Positions 27,715 to 41,444 of a stretch of 64,000 nt of DNA are shown here, piece by piece. The number at the start of each line of letters is the position of its first letter. Within the stretch, counting starts at the first letter, position 1. Source of the stretch: Octopus sinensis (lineage: Eukaryota); assembly GCF_006345805.1 (NCBI RefSeq), contig NC_043005.1, positions 98,828,001 through 98,892,000 of the forward strand, written 5' to 3'. The translations under genes and the position numbers were made by a program. The notes under the pieces are model-generated. The model was not told the DNA's origin, did no database searches, and saw only the letters and a list, made by a program, of their open reading frames with translations.

Positions 27715-28712
27715 CCTTGACATCCTTCCGACTCACACACACACACACTGCCTTAACAATGAATATACTTACTCTTAAGTGTGTTTCAGATGATATTTTG
27801 CAGTGTGTACCATAGTTTGTGTAGCAGTTAAGTGTCAGCTAAATTTATCCCAGCCATGATTCAATCCTTGGTTTCAATTCTTTTTTTTATTTACATCTCC
27901 ATTGAAGGTGGGACCAGAAGTGAAATTACATTTTCCCTTGTCCACTTTTTGTCCCTATCAAATATTATGTCCCCCTTCCTCACATCACCACCATCATCAT
28001 CATCATTTAATGGCCACTTTTCCATTCTTACTTGGGTCAGATGGAATCTGTTAAGGCAGATTGCCCCATGACCAGACATGGTTTTCATGGAGGATTGGAA
28101 ATGAATGACACAGCTTATATGACAGTGGCACTCTTTTGCAACTATCGCATGATGTCAAAACAAGGAGATGCCTCTCTCACACCTTCACACACATGTTCGC
28201 ATATGTGCGCAGGTACACACTCACACACATGTGATGGACTATTTTCAGTTTCCATCTAGCAAATCCATTCACAAGGCTTTGGTTTTCACAAATAATAATT
28301 TTGTTGCTTTAGATGGTGATTGAACCTTCCCAAAAGAAAATTTATAGGCAGAGTGTAAACATTTTACCTTTGGCGATAATGTATACAATGAGTTCAGAGG
28401 TTTATCTAAAACATGGATAGGTAACACTGACCTGTATTCTATATGAATCCACATTAATCTTTCCATGTAAGAAATCACTTTAACACCATATCTAGGGGTG
28501 AGAAACCTTAGGAAATAAGACATCTTGGCCTGCAGCAGTGCTGAAAATATGCAAAACTTAGCTGAATAATTGATGTCTTTCTCTGGTTTAAACTGTTCCT
28601 TAAGCTTTTGTCAATTTTTGTGAAGCAACGATGACCACCTTCTGTGCTAGGATCTATGTTGTTTTTATTACTTCTCTTGTCAATGTCTTTTCTTTTTTCT
28701 TTTTATCGCCAG

Positions 28713-28799
28713 GATTGTTTAGCCAGTGGCAGATTACAAACTGCAGCATCCTATTTGATCATTTTACAAAACTTGGAGAAGCCATCTGTCTCACGTCAG
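28713..28799 (+). CDS. RIC1: RIC1 (RAB6A-GEF complex partner 1) internal coding exon A, phase 0-0, DCLASGRLQTAASYLIILQNLEKPSVSRQ
   Basis: Polypyrimidine tract and AG at 28711-28712, donor cag|GTGAGT at 28800, 87 nt. The peptide matches the recalled RIC1 domain motif 'TAASYLIILQN.E.P.VSRQ'. Confidence 0.93.
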
Positions 28800-29759
28800 G
28801 TGAGTTCTATTTTCCTTTTCCCTTTTTAAATTCTTCTTTTATATTCTTCTCTTCTCTGAAATGCAGATGATTATGATATCCCTGATAGAACTCAACAGCA
28901 ACATGTTTGAATTTTATTTCCTTTAAATTCCTGACATTTATTTCTCTAATTTTTTCTAAATTGACTGCACTGTTTATTTTTTATATTTTCCTTTTTACCT
29001 TCCTTTTTTTTTACCCAAAGATTTATTTTAACTGCTATTATTATTGGTTGTTTATGCTTTCTGTAATTTTTAAGCAGACTTGATGAAGTTTATTCTTTCT
29101 TGGATAGGATGCTAGTCTATTGCAGATTAACTTCCTCTGACTGATGAACTAGTTTTAATATTTACCAAACAAATTAACCTCCTGTAAAAGATGGAAGACA
29201 AATACCTGCTATTACTTATAGTGTTATATTCTATAGGATACTGGATTATCAACAGTCATACCTTCATGTCTTCCAGTAAAACTTCACAAAATAAGATATA
29301 AATGGACTTTCGCTACAGAACACTAGTCTATCGTTGGATTAACCTTTGAACATGAACCAATAGTATTGAATTCTACCAATCATCGTTGGGAGGCCATTTA
29401 CATACATTATGCAAGAAGATGTATGAGAAACATATCAAAGCAACAAGTCTTCCTAATTCTAAATCTGTACCAGTTTGAAACTTCATGTGAAATTGTTAAA
29501 TCAGTCAATCAATATTTGAGAATAATCTTGGAAAATTTTGAGAGAACAATAAATCTGCGACATCAGTGGAAACAAGGAGACAGCTACAGGCTGTGTTTCT
29601 CAGTTGTGAAAAACAATAAAGTTGGTGCTGATTCTCCAACAAGATCTATTGTATGTAATATTATTGGATATAATGTAACAGCTGGACAATATTGAATAGC
29701 TAATGAGTTTAAGGTGTCGGAATACTTACATGGTTAGGAGTTCAATCTTTACCGCAGAT

Positions 29760-30032
29760 GGCCGATGCCAGTGCCGCCCTGGCTGGCTTCCATGCCAGTG
29801 GCACGTAAAAAGCACCAACTGATCGTGGCCGTTGCCAGCCTCGCCTGGCACGTAAAAAGCACCCTCTGCACTCATGGAGTGGTTGGCGTTAGGAAGGGCA
29901 TCCAGCTGTAGAGACACTGCCAGATCAGACTGGAGCCTGGTGCAGCCTCCTGGCTTCCCAGACCCTGGTCGAACCGTCCAACCCATGCTAGCATGGAAAA
30001 CGGATGTTAAACGATGATGATGATGATGATGA
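29760..30032 (+). mobile_element. SINE family A (other + copies at about 33900-34140, 34365-34540, 53460-53642, 54365-54518, 56183-56356)
   Basis: gttggcgttaggaagggcatccagctgtaga...ccaacccatgctagcatggaaa..gttaaacgatgatgat. Confidence 0.85.
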
Positions 30033-30344
30033 TTATATTGTGCTCTTGAGCAAGTTACACTACTTAGCACATTCTGATTGATTTACATTAAGAAAGTTAA
30101 AGAATGACCCCACAGTTTAAAATTTACATTTGAGTAAAAGATGACCCCTTTTACATGAATATACTTACAAGGAAACCATATGGAAATCTTCATTAGTAGG
30201 TTTTTCAGTATAATATGTTGGTACAATTTCTTGTTTAAGAATGCAATACATTTCTAGCACCTTGTGTCACTCATCATCTACCTTGTATTTCTTATGGTAT
30301 TCACCTTCCTTCCTCTTGGACCCACATCACGCATTCTATTCTTT

Positions 30345-30709
30345 TTTATTCTTTTTTTGTTTCAGTCATTTGACTGTGGCCATGCTGGAGCACCGCCTTT
30401 AGTCGAACAAATCGACCCTAGTACTTATTCTATCGGTCCCTTTTGCCGAACCGCTAAGTTATGGGGATGTGAACACACCAATATCGATTGTCAAGCGATG
30501 GTAAGGGGACAAACACAGACACACAAACACACACACACACACATACGGCAGGCTTCTTTCAGTTTCTGTCTACCAAATCCACTCACAGGGCTTTGGTTGG
30601 CCCGAGGCTATAGTTGAAGACACTTGCCCAAGGTGCCACGCAGTGGGACTGAACTCAGAACCATGTGGTTGATAAGCAAGCTATTTACCACACAGCCACT
30701 CCTGCACCT
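30345..30709 (-). mobile_element. SINE family B, inverted (partial copies also at about 55690-55890 -, 57072-57213 -, 61995-62152 +)
   Basis: Reverse complement of the family B sequence. Confidence 0.85.
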
Positions 30710-33700
30710 ATAGCTATTTGTCGACTTCCTTTGTCACAAAATCAGGTATACTTAAAACTAATCCACATACTACTGAAGAAGGACTTGATATATTTCTCAT
30801 CAGTGTGTGATCTGTTTCGAGCATGCTTTTGGATTTCCTGCAGCATTGAAGAAGCATGTCTTCTAGAGGACATTGACATGCATGATCAAACAAGTGATGA
30901 CACTGGTTTCTTGATAGAAATAACAGTGGCTTCACGAAACAATGTCGTTAGAGTTTATAGATCTACACCTGGTTAATAAAAGAAACTCACAATATTCTTC
31001 TCATTTATCAGTTATCAACAGCAAACAGTGCTGGTTCTCATCTTTTAGGGATCAGATCTCTCAGCCGTAGTGAAGAATGGAGTCTGCCAGTGTTTAGAAT
31101 GCTTGCATCTTTATATGACATTTGAGCACACTTTGAGTTTATAATCAGAGTTCAGAAGATGACACAAGCTGTCTCTTTATTGGGCTGGCCAGTTAGTTGG
31201 TAAGGAAGGTCTCTTGCACCACTTACACTTTGAATGTCAGCTGATGGGACTTTGAATCTGACTGCATTCTCTTTCTCTGCTTGATTCAATTCAATGTCTC
31301 CCCCTTTATATCCGGTATGATCTGGTGATCAATCGTGAATGGACTCAGTAGAGCAACATTGTTAATATCTGTGTTTGCTTCAATGGATTCTCAGAACACT
31401 AGTAATTAATTACATAATTAATGAGGAGTGACAAAGATACTCAATCCTGCTGGACACAAGTTTTTAGCACAGATATTTGTCTCTCCTTTCTATTTGATCT
31501 GACTTTGGTTAGTTGGCTGGAATAATAAAGACTTTATCAGGTTGAATAGTTTCAGTGGTAAACCTATTTGCTCTCATGATATTGTACAGTGACTAACAGT
31601 GCATGCAGTAGAATGTAATTACACAGTCTATAAAGGCAATGACTGTTGTAAAGATCATTTCTATTCCTATAACCATCAATGCATGAACATTCTGATTCAT
31701 TCATCCATGAAAATGAAACATACATTAATGATACCTTTAAATACATTAATTAAAACATGTTAAACTAATATTTTAACATGACCCTATTGAGCAAAAGCAC
31801 TTGCTGTTTACTGTAGGTGGTAATGAAAGTAGTTGGTAGGGGGTGCATCTCTGCCCTCCCTTTCTTTATTTCTACTTCGATGTAAATCATTGCTTCAGGA
31901 ATAGTTAAACAAACGGTCTGCTGGTATTTCTAGTTCTGGTCATTTATAACAGAACAGACTTTGCAACATGTTCTTCCAATTTTAAGAATTTTATGGAATT
32001 TAGCTGCTACATTAAAAAAGGGTCAAACAATGTTGTAAGTTCCTTTACTATAGCTGTGTATGTGTAGTTGGATATGTATGTACGTATGTACGTACATATG
32101 TAGTTGGATGTGTGTAGATGACTGTGTATCAAAAAATGGATGAATGGATTGTATGTGTAAGTTCCTTTACTGGTTTAAGATTATACACAATTTTGTGAAT
32201 GTATGTATTTCTGTGATTGTGTGTGTATATATGTTTGCATTTATATGTAGTTAGGCATGTAGTGTGTGTATTGATATCTAGCTGAGCATCTAGTACCTCT
32301 GTTTGTATTTCTGCATGTAGTGTGTATGTCTTTACAGCTGAACATATTAGTGTGTTTAGAAGGTTGAATATATGGATGTAAAATTGTAATTTTACTCTGT
32401 ATATGTGACTGTATATATGTTAGAAATATTTGGGGTCTTGTTTGCATATATATGCATAATGTGTGCATAATTGTGCATTGGTATGCTTTTGTGTATACCT
32501 TTTTACATGTACATAGTTTTATGTGCATTTGCATATCTGTGCCTGATACACATCTTTGTATGGATGGGTATAATATCTATGTTTGCTTGTATGGGATTCC
32601 GTTGTATGTCTTTCTTTCTCTGTGTGTTAGGGCTTATATCTATGTGTAAATATTGTGAATTATTATTTTTTTTAATTACATTTATGCCAAACATACACAG
32701 ATAACATTTCTATAAGTTAATCCTCACCAGTTCCAACAAACAATCAACTTTGGTCACTTCTTTCTAGAGAATCAGTATTTTCCTTTTATTTTTCATTTCT
32801 TGCCAAACATTTCTGTCTATTGATGGAACATCATCATCATCTCTCTCTCTCTCTTTCTCTCTCACACATACACAAACACACACATGTATGCACATGCACA
32901 CACTCCCCCCTCTCTCTCTTCTTGATACAAGAGAACTGTGTTCAAAGTTTGGTTTATTTTAAAATCAAATCCAATATAGTCTAAAAAATACAAAATCTAT
33001 ATCTATAAATATTACATTTCATAATTTTTTTTTGTTTTATTGTTTCATTGAGGTTTTGAAAAATCAATTTTTATTTTTTTAATTCTTTGATATATTCTCT
33101 TTTTAGTTCTTTTGTCTATTCACTTTGTTTACAAAATCATATTAATTATAAAATTATAGAATTGGCTTGATAATGGAAGTGATGGTAGGGGAAGCTGTAG
33201 AATTGTAAAATTGAATCTATTACCATTGTAAAAAGTTTTTTTTTAGGTAAGATAAAATTTGCATAATAATGATGATGATGGTGATGATCAATTGATTATC
33301 ATTATGATGATAAGAATGATATTGATGTTAAGGGTGTTTATGAAAATAATACTGGTGTTGATGATTATACTGGTGGCACTGATGATGATGATGATGAGGT
33401 TGATCGTGCACTGACTTGATCAGCACCATCTGTCATGTTTCTGTTCAGCCTCTGAGCCTCACAGCAGAGCTTGACTCAATGTGGTGTCATCATTCGTGAC
33501 TATCTGTGCATTGGTGTATTCCAGAGGCAGCCTCCAGATCCACTGTGAATTCTTTCAGCTTCCACCCATTGTCGTGCCATTATAGTGCTCACCACTTTAC
33601 ATGCCATGTTGCCCTTAATTAAATCATAAAGCATAGCCTAGATTCTGCGGGCTTCCCTTTCCAGCTTGAGCCAGCAGGGCTAGTCTAAGTGGATGGTAAA

Positions 33701-34155
33701 AGGCCTGAGGGTATGACAGTTTTCCTGTTCTGTGGCTGTAGGCCCCTCATCTGGGATGCTACATGCTGTAACACCTTCTCCAGTGGCAACTTGGTGTGTT
33801 CAGCTAGCTACCAGTCCAAGCTCTGCTGCTCATCAGGCTAAGAAAGGCAAACTTTGAAAGTATCTGTCACTTTCTGACATGTTTATAGTTGAGTCACTCT
33901 GACTGGCTCCTGTGTCGGTGGCACATAAAAGGCTGATGCCAGTGCCGCCTGATTGACTCCTGTGCCGGTGGCACGTAAGAAGCACCCACTACACTCTCAG
34001 AGTGGTTGGTGTTAGGAAGGGCATCCAGCTGTAGAAACATTACCAGATCAGATTGGAGCCTGGTGTGGCCTCCTGGCCTGCCAGTCCCCAGTCAAACCCT
34101 TCAACCCATGCCAGCATGGAAAATGGACATTAAATGATGGTGATTTTTTATATAT

Positions 34156-34236
<81 letters not shown>

Positions 34237-36532
34237 CTATATATATATATATATATATAGCTACATATATAGATACACATACACACACACATATATATCC
34301 CAAAAGTCACCACACACACACACACATATATATGTTAGTCTTGGAAGTTACTTGCCAACTTTACTAGTGCTGGTGACACACACAAAACAAAGCACCCAAT
34401 ACACACTGCAGGTTGGCATTAGGAAGGACATCCAGCCATGGAAACCATATCAAAGCTGACATGGAACACAAGGTAGCGCTGTGGCTCATCAGATTCTGTC
34501 AAACCATCCAGCATGGAAAACGGATGTTAGATAATGGTGATACAGAGTAGCTTCAGCTTTCTGAATTGTTACTCTGAGTTTCATGCTTCTTCTTATTTGA
34601 AAAATAAAAATTAGAATAGCAAAGTAGAGCCATATGTCAACAAAAAGTACTTGAAAATATGCCAATATATGATTGGCCACCAATATAATACCAGAAATAC
34701 ACTACAATTCAACATATATAATTGAGAGTGCAGTGACAGGGATGGAGAAGCAGCTCCAGAAAAATGACATCTTAAAATCAATAATATATTATAAAAATTA
34801 AATATATCAAAATATTTGAAATAAAAAAAAAAATGGAAGAAATTTTCCAGGGTATTGTGAATCCAATGAACGGGGAAAAGACCTGCTAGCCTGTAGAAAA
34901 CTGAAGCTTTAATAAATAACAACGACAATGATGATGAACAACGGAACTGTCTGCAGCAATGAATTCGGATTTTCTGCTCAAAATTGCAAGATTGCAATAA
35001 AATGTCATATTTCTCACAAATGCATCAATCACAACTTCTGGAACATTAGACATTGCTAATATTGCTGGTAAGCTGGGAAATGCTATTTAGCTGCCAGTGG
35101 GTCTGATCCAGAATAAATATCATCAAAGGCATTCCAGCTTTATCATTGTTTTTTAGTCAAGTATATTGTATTTCCTCATCTTAAGATAGGAGAATGTGGT
35201 TTGAGGGAGATATGACTGTTATTTATTGCAGGATCAATGAATAACTATGAGGTGGTGTCAAAAAGTTCCCAGACTTGTTCTGTAGTGTGCCAACAAATGG
35301 CAGCACACAGTTGTATGCACAATGAGAGCTAGCAGTGACCTTCATGAGGCAGTGTGCTGAGTGACATCACTGTGTTTATTTGGCAAGTTGTGAAATTGGT
35401 GTCTTTGTGATCACATGTTTGCTGTTGTCTGCAATTTTGTCATGGATGGGAAATTGGAACAAAGAGCCAACGTGAAATTTCTGTTAAACATGGGAAGTCT
35501 ACTATAGAGACTTTGAACATGCTTCAGCAAGCTTATGACAATGAGGCAATAGGTTGTATGCAATGTTTTGAGTGGCATAGGCACTTGAAAAATAGAAGAC
35601 TGTCCCTGGAAGTTGATGAGCAATCTGGAAGACCTGCCATGAGCATCACCTGTGGAAATGGGGAGAAAATTCATCAGCTTGTGCATGAAGATTGTCGAAG
35701 GACAATCAACAATATTGCTGATGTTGTCGGTCTGTCATATGGGTCCATGCTGGCAATCCTAACGCCTGAATTGAACATGCACTGTGTCTCTGCCAAGTTT
35801 GTCCCCTGCCAGCTGACCACTGAGCAGAAAGAATATCATGTCAAAGTCTGTCAAGATCTCTGTCAGAGTGCCACTGATGACCAATCCTTCATGATCATCA
35901 CTGGTGACGAGAATTGAGTCTACAGGTACAGCCCTGAGATGAAGCAGTCATCCCAATAGAAGAGCCTTTCATCTCCATGACCGAAGAAGGCATGACAGAG
36001 CTACAGGTCAATTGAGAGCATGCTCATCATTTTTTTCAAAATCCATGGTATTGTGCATCAAGAGTTCATCTCCCAGGGTCAGACTGTTAATTGAGAGTTC
36101 TACTGTGACATTTTGAAGTGTTTGAGGGAGGACATTCGGTGAAAGCAACTGGATCTGTAGAGCGCAAAGAATCGAATTCTTCATGACAACAATGCACCCT
36201 GTTACTGAGCTCGCCTCACTCATGAATTTCTCACCAAAAACAACATGGTATTGCTTCTTCACCTGCCCTATTCACCAGATTTAGCACCTGTGAACTTCCA
36301 TCTCTTCCCCAAGATGAAAAGGCAGCTCAAAGTTCACCATTTTAGCACCCTTGTCAGGATCCAGAGTGAATTGCAGAAGGTTCTTGACTTGCTTATGGAA
36401 AATGACTTCCAGGATGGATTCCAAAAGTGGCAGGAACGCTGGGACCAGTATATTGCTTTGCAAGGTGACTATTTCAAAGGAGATGATGTTAAAACTTTGG
36501 TAAATAAGCTACTTTGTATTAAGCATAACTAG

Positions 36533-37022
36533 GAGTAAAGATTTTTGCCAACATAACATGGCAGTCCTGATTTAGGATGAATGTTGCTGTCATTTAGCCC
36601 CAGGAGACATCGTCTCCAGCTGGCTATACGACATGATCTGTATCCTTATATTTTCGAACAAGGGAACCTAGCACCCCCACTCAGCTCAAAACAATATCTG
36701 TGTATCGCGATTTCCAGGTTATTTCTCTTCATCAGCACAGAATAATGGATCAGCTAGAGGTAGCGCTGACAAAGGGAAATAACCCGGAAATTGTGATACA
36801 CAGATATTGCTTTGAGCTGAGTGGGGGTGCTAGATTCCCTTGTTTGAAAATATAAGGACACAGATCATGTCGTATAGCCAGCTGGTGACGATGTCTCCTG
36901 GGGCTAAATTACAGCAACATTCATTCTAAACCAGGACTGCCATGTTATGTTGGCAAAAATCTTTACTCCAAAGTACTGTTGCTGAATATCTCTCATTGTG
37001 AGATTTAAAAATAGTAATTTTC
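36533..37022. mobile_element. Fold-back pLTR element with two hammerhead cores, inserted into a mariner, 13-bp TSD
   Basis: Inverted repeat 36532-36969 with arms of about 205 bp. Flanked by taagcataactag (36520-32) and taaacataactag (37023-35). Confidence 0.85.
36697..36741 (-). ncRNA. Type I hammerhead ribozyme (decayed mirror copy on + strand at about 36763-36804)
   Basis: Minus strand: tctgtg-CTGATGA-a gag aaataa cct g-GAAA-tcgcga-TA-cacaga. 6-bp stem I and palindromic stem III. The + copy has a better stem II (ggg aaataa ccc) but CTGACAA in the core. Confidence 0.72.
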
Positions 37023-37843
37023 TAAACATAACTAGTCTGGGAACTTTTTGGTACTGCCTCATATGTAGAAGTTACCGAGCTGGGTTTAGTAGGTGCTACC
37101 ATGAGTCTGTTTATTTGGAGCTGATGTCGTCATTGTTGTAATGTCAGAGTACTTATGTATGAGGGGACGGAGGGAGAAGTAGTTAACTGGGATCTAAAGC
37201 AGTAGGATGAGATGACAGAGGTTTGAGACATACAGACAAATGCTGTATGCCTGAAAAGCTTCCAAGCTCTGTTGATAACCAGGTGAAACATTAAATAATG
37301 CAGATTATGAGAAATATAAACAACTGGTTCAAACAGAGAATACTTCTATCTGCCTCTTGTCTTTCCTTTACTTTTCTGTTGCTATTTTGTGTAACTATCA
37401 TATATAGATATCTGTGGAAAAGCTGAGAGAGATTGTTGTTTTGCAACACAGTAATGTCCAAGGTAATTTCCATTGGCTTAAGTTGGATGACACTTCTCAC
37501 TTTCAAGCTTTTTCATCATATTCTTACATCAATAACAAAAACTGTTTTTCAATAATAAGCAAAGAAATTCTTGACCAACTGGCATTATTGGGAGGAATGT
37601 GGTAGACTAGAGGACCCAGTCACAGTTAGCAGACTTTAAATATAAAAGGAAAAAAGACATATAGTATATGTGACTTGATATTTAGAGGGAGTATAAATAG
37701 TATGTGTGACTATGAACATCTTTAGAGTATGTAATTACGGACTGATATATGTATATTGGTGTGTGTGTGTGTGTGTGTGTGTATACATATATATAGCACG
37801 GAAAACGGACGTTAAACAATGGTGATGATAATATATATATAAA

Positions 37844-38073
37844 AGGCGGCGAGCTAGCAGAACCGTTAGCACGCCGGGCGAAATGCGTAGCCGTATTTTG
37901 TCTGCCGTTACGTTCTGAGTTCAAATTCCACCGAGGTCGACTTTGCCTTTCATCATTTCGGGGTCAATAAATTAAGTACCAGTTACACACTGGGGTCGAT
38001 GTAATTGACTTAATCCGTTTGTCTGTCCTTGTTTGTCCGCTCTATGTTTAGCCCCTTGTGGGTAGTAAAGAAA
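37844..38073 (+). mobile_element. SINE family C
   Basis: Collinear with 2298-2528. Confidence 0.85.
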
Positions 38074-39880
38074 CAGATATATATATATCATTGACTCATA
38101 TGTTTATAATTGGTGTAGTAGACTATTCTTCAAATAAAAAAACCACTGTGTTTTAATGTCTCAAATATGCTTAAGCTGCCTTATAAGTTTGCTGCGCACA
38201 CTGTGGAATAGTATGTCTGGTTTAAAACCATCAGTAAACTCTTAGAAAAACGGAAAATAATAGCAAAGTATAGGAAAATTCTAGCAATGGTGCAAGTTGA
38301 AACCAAAGTAAATTGAATTTAAAGAAAAGCTGTTGAAGTTATTTACAATCTTTTTGTACGTTCATTTTTGTTTTGTTTTTATTTTTGTGTCCTTCAAATC
38401 CCTGAAATGACAAAAAAAAAAAAAAAATTAACAAAATAAATAAAAATAAAACAAAACAAAAAAAATTATTTATTGCTTTTTAGTTTTATTTTTCTGTGAG
38501 GATTTATTCTTTTATTTTCTGATAAATTATTGTCTGCTTAAAAATAGTGGAAAATGTGATTTATAGCCAAATTATTAAGACGTCAAATTGCCTGGAAATG
38601 ATGGGGAGAAAAGTCAGGTGATTCTATCTGCACTCACTGAAGTTAAAGCATTTTCAATTCGTTTATTCTCTGTAGCTTTCTGGCTGGATGGCTTTTCTTT
38701 TAGCTGTGTTGGGGTATTAGGACACTGCTGCATAAGATATTACTCTGATGTCGTTAGGTCTGTAGCCAAAAGAGTAAATAGTTTGCATAAATCTCTTCCA
38801 CATCACACTTGTCTGACACATCAAAATAACATTAGTTTCCCCTTATTTAGTTTTTCTTCCATTATTTTTTATCTTTTCCTTTTTTGTGAGCATTAAATTA
38901 TTTGTAAGACACAAATATATGAAAATAAAAATACACTTGCAGTTTTATATTGATTTCTCTTTGGCTCAGCTAAGAACCCCTCTTTTTTTTTTTTTGTTTT
39001 TTTCTATGCGAAGTGTTATAGTTGAGATAATTGCTTGGTTGTTAAATATTTTATCAACCCTTAGAGGGAGATTTAACCCCAGCATAGTTGAACCTAAAAA
39101 AAATTACAGCATCAAACACTGTAAATAATAAAAAAAATATCTAATTTTTCTGTCTGTCTGTTAGCCATTATTGCTGCTATGGTGAGTTAATAATGATGTG
39201 GGGTACAGAATATGTGAAAATGCATCAATAAATGACAAAGATCGGATACTTTTAGAATGACTTGACATTCCATTGTTACTTTGCCATTCTTACATTCCAT
39301 TGTCAGCTGTGTTTTCCTGAAACTCCTCTATTTCTCTTTACTTCACATCTGCTGTTGATATTATTATTAGTATAACCGTTCTGTGACACGAATCACAGAA
39401 AGGCATGAAAGCATCGGTGTCTTTGCAAGCAGATAATTAATGATCATCAACAAACATACTCCACTGCAAAAAGAAAAAAAATCTCCAGGACTCTCGTATT
39501 ACTTATGTTAGCAAGAGCAACTGAGATGCGCTAACATGCTACCAAAATTCACGATATACTAAGACCGTTTGCATAAAAACTTTCTCTAAAAATACACACT
39601 CAAATACAGAGGAGCAGAATTTCTTCAGAAAGTAAGTTGAAGAAATGGATTTCTCTTAGTTTACCCCATCACCCATTCTATCACTTCCCTTTCTATCGCA
39701 CTTCATAGATTGATTTATCCTGACATAAAGACTTTGATGTTGCTTGAATTTCAACATAAAATGTGAAACCATTGTGTCATCAGTAACTATTACTGCTGTT
39801 CTCAAGCCTTTGCTGCTTCTTCTTCTTCTTCTTCTTCACCACCACGTGTGTGTGTGTATGTATATATATATATATATATT

Positions 39881-40453
39881 GTGAAGGTGTGTGGCCTAGT
39901 GGTTAGGCTCTTGCACTCACGATTGCTAGATTGTGGTTTCATTTCCCTGACTGGAGGGTACATTGTGTTCTTGAGCAAAAGAAAAAAACATTTCATTTCA
40001 CATTGCTCCAGTCCCCCTTTCGATCAAGGGGGGATATTGGTCAGCTTGCCTTGCCAGCAGAGTGGTGTCTTATCTGAAGGCTAAAACAATACAAAAAACA
40101 TTGTGGCCAGAGATATGTAACAATATCTGATAGTCTGGTTGGTCATGTGAGTGTGCGATATATATATATATATATATTGTGAAGGTGTGTGGCCTAGTGG
40201 TTAGGCTCTTGCACTCACGATTGCTAGATTGTGGTTTCATTTCCCTGACTGGAGGGTACATTGTGTTCTTGAGCAAAAGAAAAAAACATTTCATTTCACA
40301 TTGCTCCAGTCCCCCTTTCGATCAAGGGGGGATATTGGTCAGCTTGCCTTGCCAGCAGAGTGGTGTCTTATCTGAAGGCTAAAACAATACAAAAAACATT
40401 GTGGCCAGAGATATGTAACAATATCTGATAGTCTGGTTGGTCATGTGAGTGTG

Positions 40454-40456
<3 letters not shown>
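39881..40456 (+). repeat. Tandem duplication of a SINE (two identical 278-bp units, period 298)
   Basis: 39881-40158 equals 40179-40456, joined by (TA)n. Confidence 0.92.
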
Positions 40457-40495
<39 letters not shown>

Positions 40496-40539
40496 TGCAT
40501 TTATGCATATATATCTATGAATATATATATATATATTTC

Positions 40540-40738
40540 AATATGTGACTGTGTGCGTATCGTTGGCGATTTTCTTTCTCCATCTTCCCTTCGTTGGACC
40601 TTTCCTTTTTCTGTGTTTCTAATGAAGAGCTCTGCTCGAAATGTTAAATCCTTCTTTCTTTCCTTTCCTGAGCGTCCAGTAACACTATACTTGTTCCATG
40701 TCCTTGCATTGTTGTGTTTTCTCTTTGTTCATGTTTTG
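40540..40738 (+). mobile_element. Solo PLE pLTR-like fragment with a minimal, decayed hammerhead at about 40615-40650
   Basis: gttt-CTAATGA-a-gagc tct gctc-GAAA-tgt-ta-aat, adjacent to (TA)n. Confidence 0.6.
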
Positions 40739-41215
40739 AATTAATCATGCATTGAGATTTTGGTGATGTGATTGTATGCTTTTCGAATGATATTTTAGGG
40801 TAGATGTGAGAAGCCAGATCTTACTAGTTTGACAAGCAGGTAGAATATTTGGGCTGGATGTGTGTGGTTTAAATGCTAAAGGGTTAATAGGTTGTCTGAC
40901 TGATTGACAAAGTCTCATTCATCAATGCATTACAGTTTCTGATGTAAATGTGTTGTGTCCTCTCTACTTTCCTATTCTACCACTGCTGCAACAGCCTCTG
41001 CTTCTCTGAACTAGTTGCATATCACCTCCTCCCAATTTATTTTTCTTGGGGGTCACTCCTGCTGTATCTCACCTATTAATCACCACACTAACCATTTCAT
41101 TTAATCCCCTCTCCCCTGAATATCACGCCTCTGGAATTCTATCCTACTTTAGTTTTCTTCTTGATATCAGTTTATAGGTGTTCCATCTGAATACCAATTA
41201 TATTGACCTTTCTAA

Positions 41216-41444
41216 GGCGGCAAGCTAGCAGACATGTTAGCGCGCCGGGCGAAATGCTTAGCGGTATTTCGTCTGCTGCTACGTTCTGAGTTCAAATTCC
41301 GCCGAGGTCGACTTTGCCTTTCATCCTTTCAGGGTCAATTAAATAAGTACCAGTTATGCACTGGGGTCAATGTAATCAACTTAATCCCTTTGTCTGTCCT
41401 TGTTTGTCCCCTCTATGTTTAGCCCCTTGTGGGCAATAAAGAAA
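41216..41444 (+). mobile_element. SINE family C with target-site duplication
   Basis: Family sequence flanked by tatattgacctttc on both sides (about 41199-41212 and 41447-41460). Confidence 0.87.

Larger units (their letters stand above)
35248..37061 (+). mobile_element. Mariner DNA transposon, full length, decayed
   Basis: 28-bp TIRs tgaggtggtgtcaaaaagttcccagact / agtctgggaactttttggtactgcctca, TA on both flanks. Transposase remnants EQRANVKF, VSAKFVP..LT, IITGDE and PYSPDLAP with stops and frameshifts. Confidence 0.93.
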
